This document shows positions 62,761-64,000 of a stretch of DNA of 64,000 bases, piece by piece. The position numbers and the translations under genes are program-made. The notes under the pieces are model-generated. The model searched no databases, had not been told where the DNA came from, and saw nothing but the letters and a program-made list of their open reading frames with translations. The stretch is from Pseudomonadota bacterium. GTDB taxonomy: Bacteria; Desulfobacterota; Desulfobulbia; Desulfobulbales; SURF-16. Within the stretch, counting starts at the first letter, position 1; every line of letters starts with the position of its first letter. The DNA lies in assembly GCA_043809085.1 (NCBI GenBank), contig JAZDEG010000011.1, positions 214,272-278,271 on the forward strand, in the 5' to 3' direction.

Positions 62761-64000
62761 TCAATCATCCCCGTCTTTGAGGCGGTCAAAGGTGAAATCA
62801 AACAGCAGACAGTCTTCCTCGCTTTCAAAATAAGTCCGGTAGGGAAGGGTTTTGAGGATATGGAGCATGGCATCATTGATTTTCAGCACCTCGCCGGTGA
62901 AACCGACAACTCCCTTTTCCCTGGCCACATCGATCAATTTCATCATCATGAAACGGGTCAGGCCCCTGTTGCGGAAATTTTTGGTGACCGTAAAAGCGAC
63001 TTCCGCCTGATTCAGTGAGCGGTTCAGATAATAAGAGCCGATGGCGATGATTTTCTGGTTCTCGGCGTTTCCTGTGAGGCCGACGAGCACGAAAACGTTT
63101 TCATAATCAACATTGACGCTGGATTGGGTTTCCGTGTGGGAAAAAGCGCTTTTCGGGGAAAAGAAGCGAAGTTTGCGGTCCATCTGGTCAAGTTCGTAAT
63201 AGAGTTCCTGCAACATCCGTTCATCGGTCGGTTTCACCGGCCGGAAAAAAAAGGATGAGTTGTCCTTTGCGGTAAATGTCCATTCATAATTGTCCGGGTA
63301 GAGGATAACAACACCGTCTTTGGTCTGGGGAAGAAGCTGATCCTGATAGATGTAGCGAAGCTCTTTTGCTTTTTCGAGAAGTTCCTTCCTGAATTGGGGA
63401 TGGGCGATGCCGATCATCTGCATCACCCTGTCGCGGATGCTTTTACCATGCAGGAAGGCGACACCCCATTCGGTGACCACGTAATGGACGTCACTGCGGG
63501 GTATGACAACCCCGGAGCCGGGTTCCAGGGTGGGCACGATACGCGATATCCTGCCGTCGCTGGTGACGCTGGGCAGACAGATGATCGGTTTGCCTCCATG
63601 GGAAAGGGCGGCCCCACGGGTAAAATCGAGCTGTCCTCCCACACCGCTGAAAAAGGTGGTGCCGATGCTGTCCGAATTAACCTGGCCGGTGAGGGAAACC
63701 GAAAGAGCGGCATTGATTGATACCATCTTGGTGTTCTGGGCGATGTTGGCCACGTTGTTGATGCGGAATGTCGGGTGGAATTCGATGAAGGGGTTCCGGT
63801 CGACATAATCGTAGAGTCTTGCGCTGCCCATGACGAAAGAGGTCATGATGTGGGGATAGACGTTTTTCTGGCAGTTCATCCTGCCCGACTCAACCAGGTC
63901 AATGACCGAATCGGAGAGGACTTCGCTGAAAATGGCAAGATCATTCTTATCGTCCAGGTGCCGCAGAACCGCATTGGGGATTGCGCCGATGCCGAGCTGC
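62761..64000 (-). CDS. acetyl-CoA hydrolase/transferase family protein fused to a C-terminal GNAT acetyltransferase domain (5' end beyond the window)
   Basis: The frame stays open upstream of the ORF-track Met to the window edge (...LGIGAIPNAVLRHLDDKNDLAIFSEVLSDSVIDLVESGRMNCQKN). CoA-transferase C-terminal blocks (GVGGQLDFTRGA, VVTEWG) are followed by a GNAT motif (RNRGLTRFMMMKLIDVAREKG). Confidence 0.75.
   Translation of the reverse strand, partial: QLGIGAIPNAVLRHLDDKNDLAIFSEVLSDSVIDLVESGRMNCQKNVYPHIMTSFVMGSARLYDYVDRNPFIEFHPTFRINNVANIAQNTKMVSINAALSVSLTGQVNSDSIGTTFFSGVGGQLDFTRGAALSHGGKPIICLPSVTSDGRISRIVPTLEPGSGVVIPRSDVHYVVTEWGVAFLHGKSIRDRVMQMIGIAHPQFRKELLEKAKELRYIYQDQLLPQTKDGVVILYPDNYEWTFTAKDNSSFFFRPVKPTDERMLQELYYELDQMDRKLRFFSPKSAFSHTETQSSVNVDYENVFVLVGLTGNAENQKIIAIGSYYLNRSLNQAEVAFTVTKNFRNRGLTRFMMMKLIDVAREKGVVGFTGEVLKINDAMLHILKTLPYRTYFESEEDCLLFDFTFDRLKDGDD

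Overview
This 64 kb window is chromosomal DNA of about 50 % GC. Gene content suggests an anaerobic, sigma-54-rich, deltaproteobacterium-like organism (MvhD/HdrC-type redox proteins, an octaheme cytochrome, many PAS sensor proteins); that assignment is inference. All homology calls come from motifs I recognise in the supplied translations. No database search was possible.

Layout:
- 1-5350 (-): the distal part of a flagellar export operon, fliL-fliM-fliN-fliO-fliP-fliQ-fliR-flhB, with a sigma-54 type promoter upstream.
- 5.7-20 kb: mostly housekeeping genes. These are aconitase, DUF362, htpX, a FabL-like SDR, maf, a YcgR-like PilZ protein, an M48/TPR lipoprotein, a MetV-MvhD-HdrC-like redox trio, kdsD and purF.
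- 19-22 kb: a PAS sigma-54 activator lying divergent from an octaheme Otr-type cytochrome.
- 22-30 kb: a porin/FeoA cluster, a J-domain/M48/cobO operon and hemY.
- 30-32 kb: dnaA without dnaN, next to an AT-rich gap.
- 32-43 kb: a KamA-family radical SAM gene, a hybrid histidine kinase with a ModA-like binding protein, a CbbQ/CbbO-type AAA+/VWA pair, and DsrE-like, MerR, EamA and Smr genes.
- 43.4-45.7 kb: a large AAA+ protein of unknown function.
- 45.7-50.5 kb: tRNA-Arg(ACG) followed by about 4.6 kb of decayed mobile DNA. It holds a frameshifted CI-like repressor, an internally deleted IS4-type element with 17-bp inverted repeats, an IS3 orfA remnant, a possible group II intron fragment, and a diverged copy of the tRNA 3' half. 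An intact GGDEF-PilZ gene and a small SAP-like ORF also sit here.
- 50.6-53.9 kb: two tandem paralogous FN3 + FG-GAP repeat genes, each with its own sigma-54 promoter.
- 54.5-64 kb: a Pif1/RecD-like helicase, an iron alcohol dehydrogenase, a DedA/YqaA-like protein, another hybrid kinase, a low-GC Cys-rich PAS-like gene, a TPR gene and a CoA-transferase/GNAT fusion.

No rRNA and no CRISPR array were found.

Most interesting observations:
1. An orphan sigma-54 promoter followed about 50 nt later by an intrinsic terminator, which is a candidate roughly 80-nt sRNA with an anti-Shine-Dalgarno stretch.
2. A J-domain protein carrying four 24-residue MshEN-type motifs with exact 5-residue spacers, translationally coupled to a membrane M48 protease.
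3. The sigma-54-driven tandem FG-GAP paralogs with conserved upstream palindromes.
4. The Cys-rich PAS activator / TGTTAAT repeat / sigma-54 promoter / Otr module.
5. The tRNA-flanked mobile-DNA graveyard.
6. The uncharacterised 756-aa AAA+ fusion protein.
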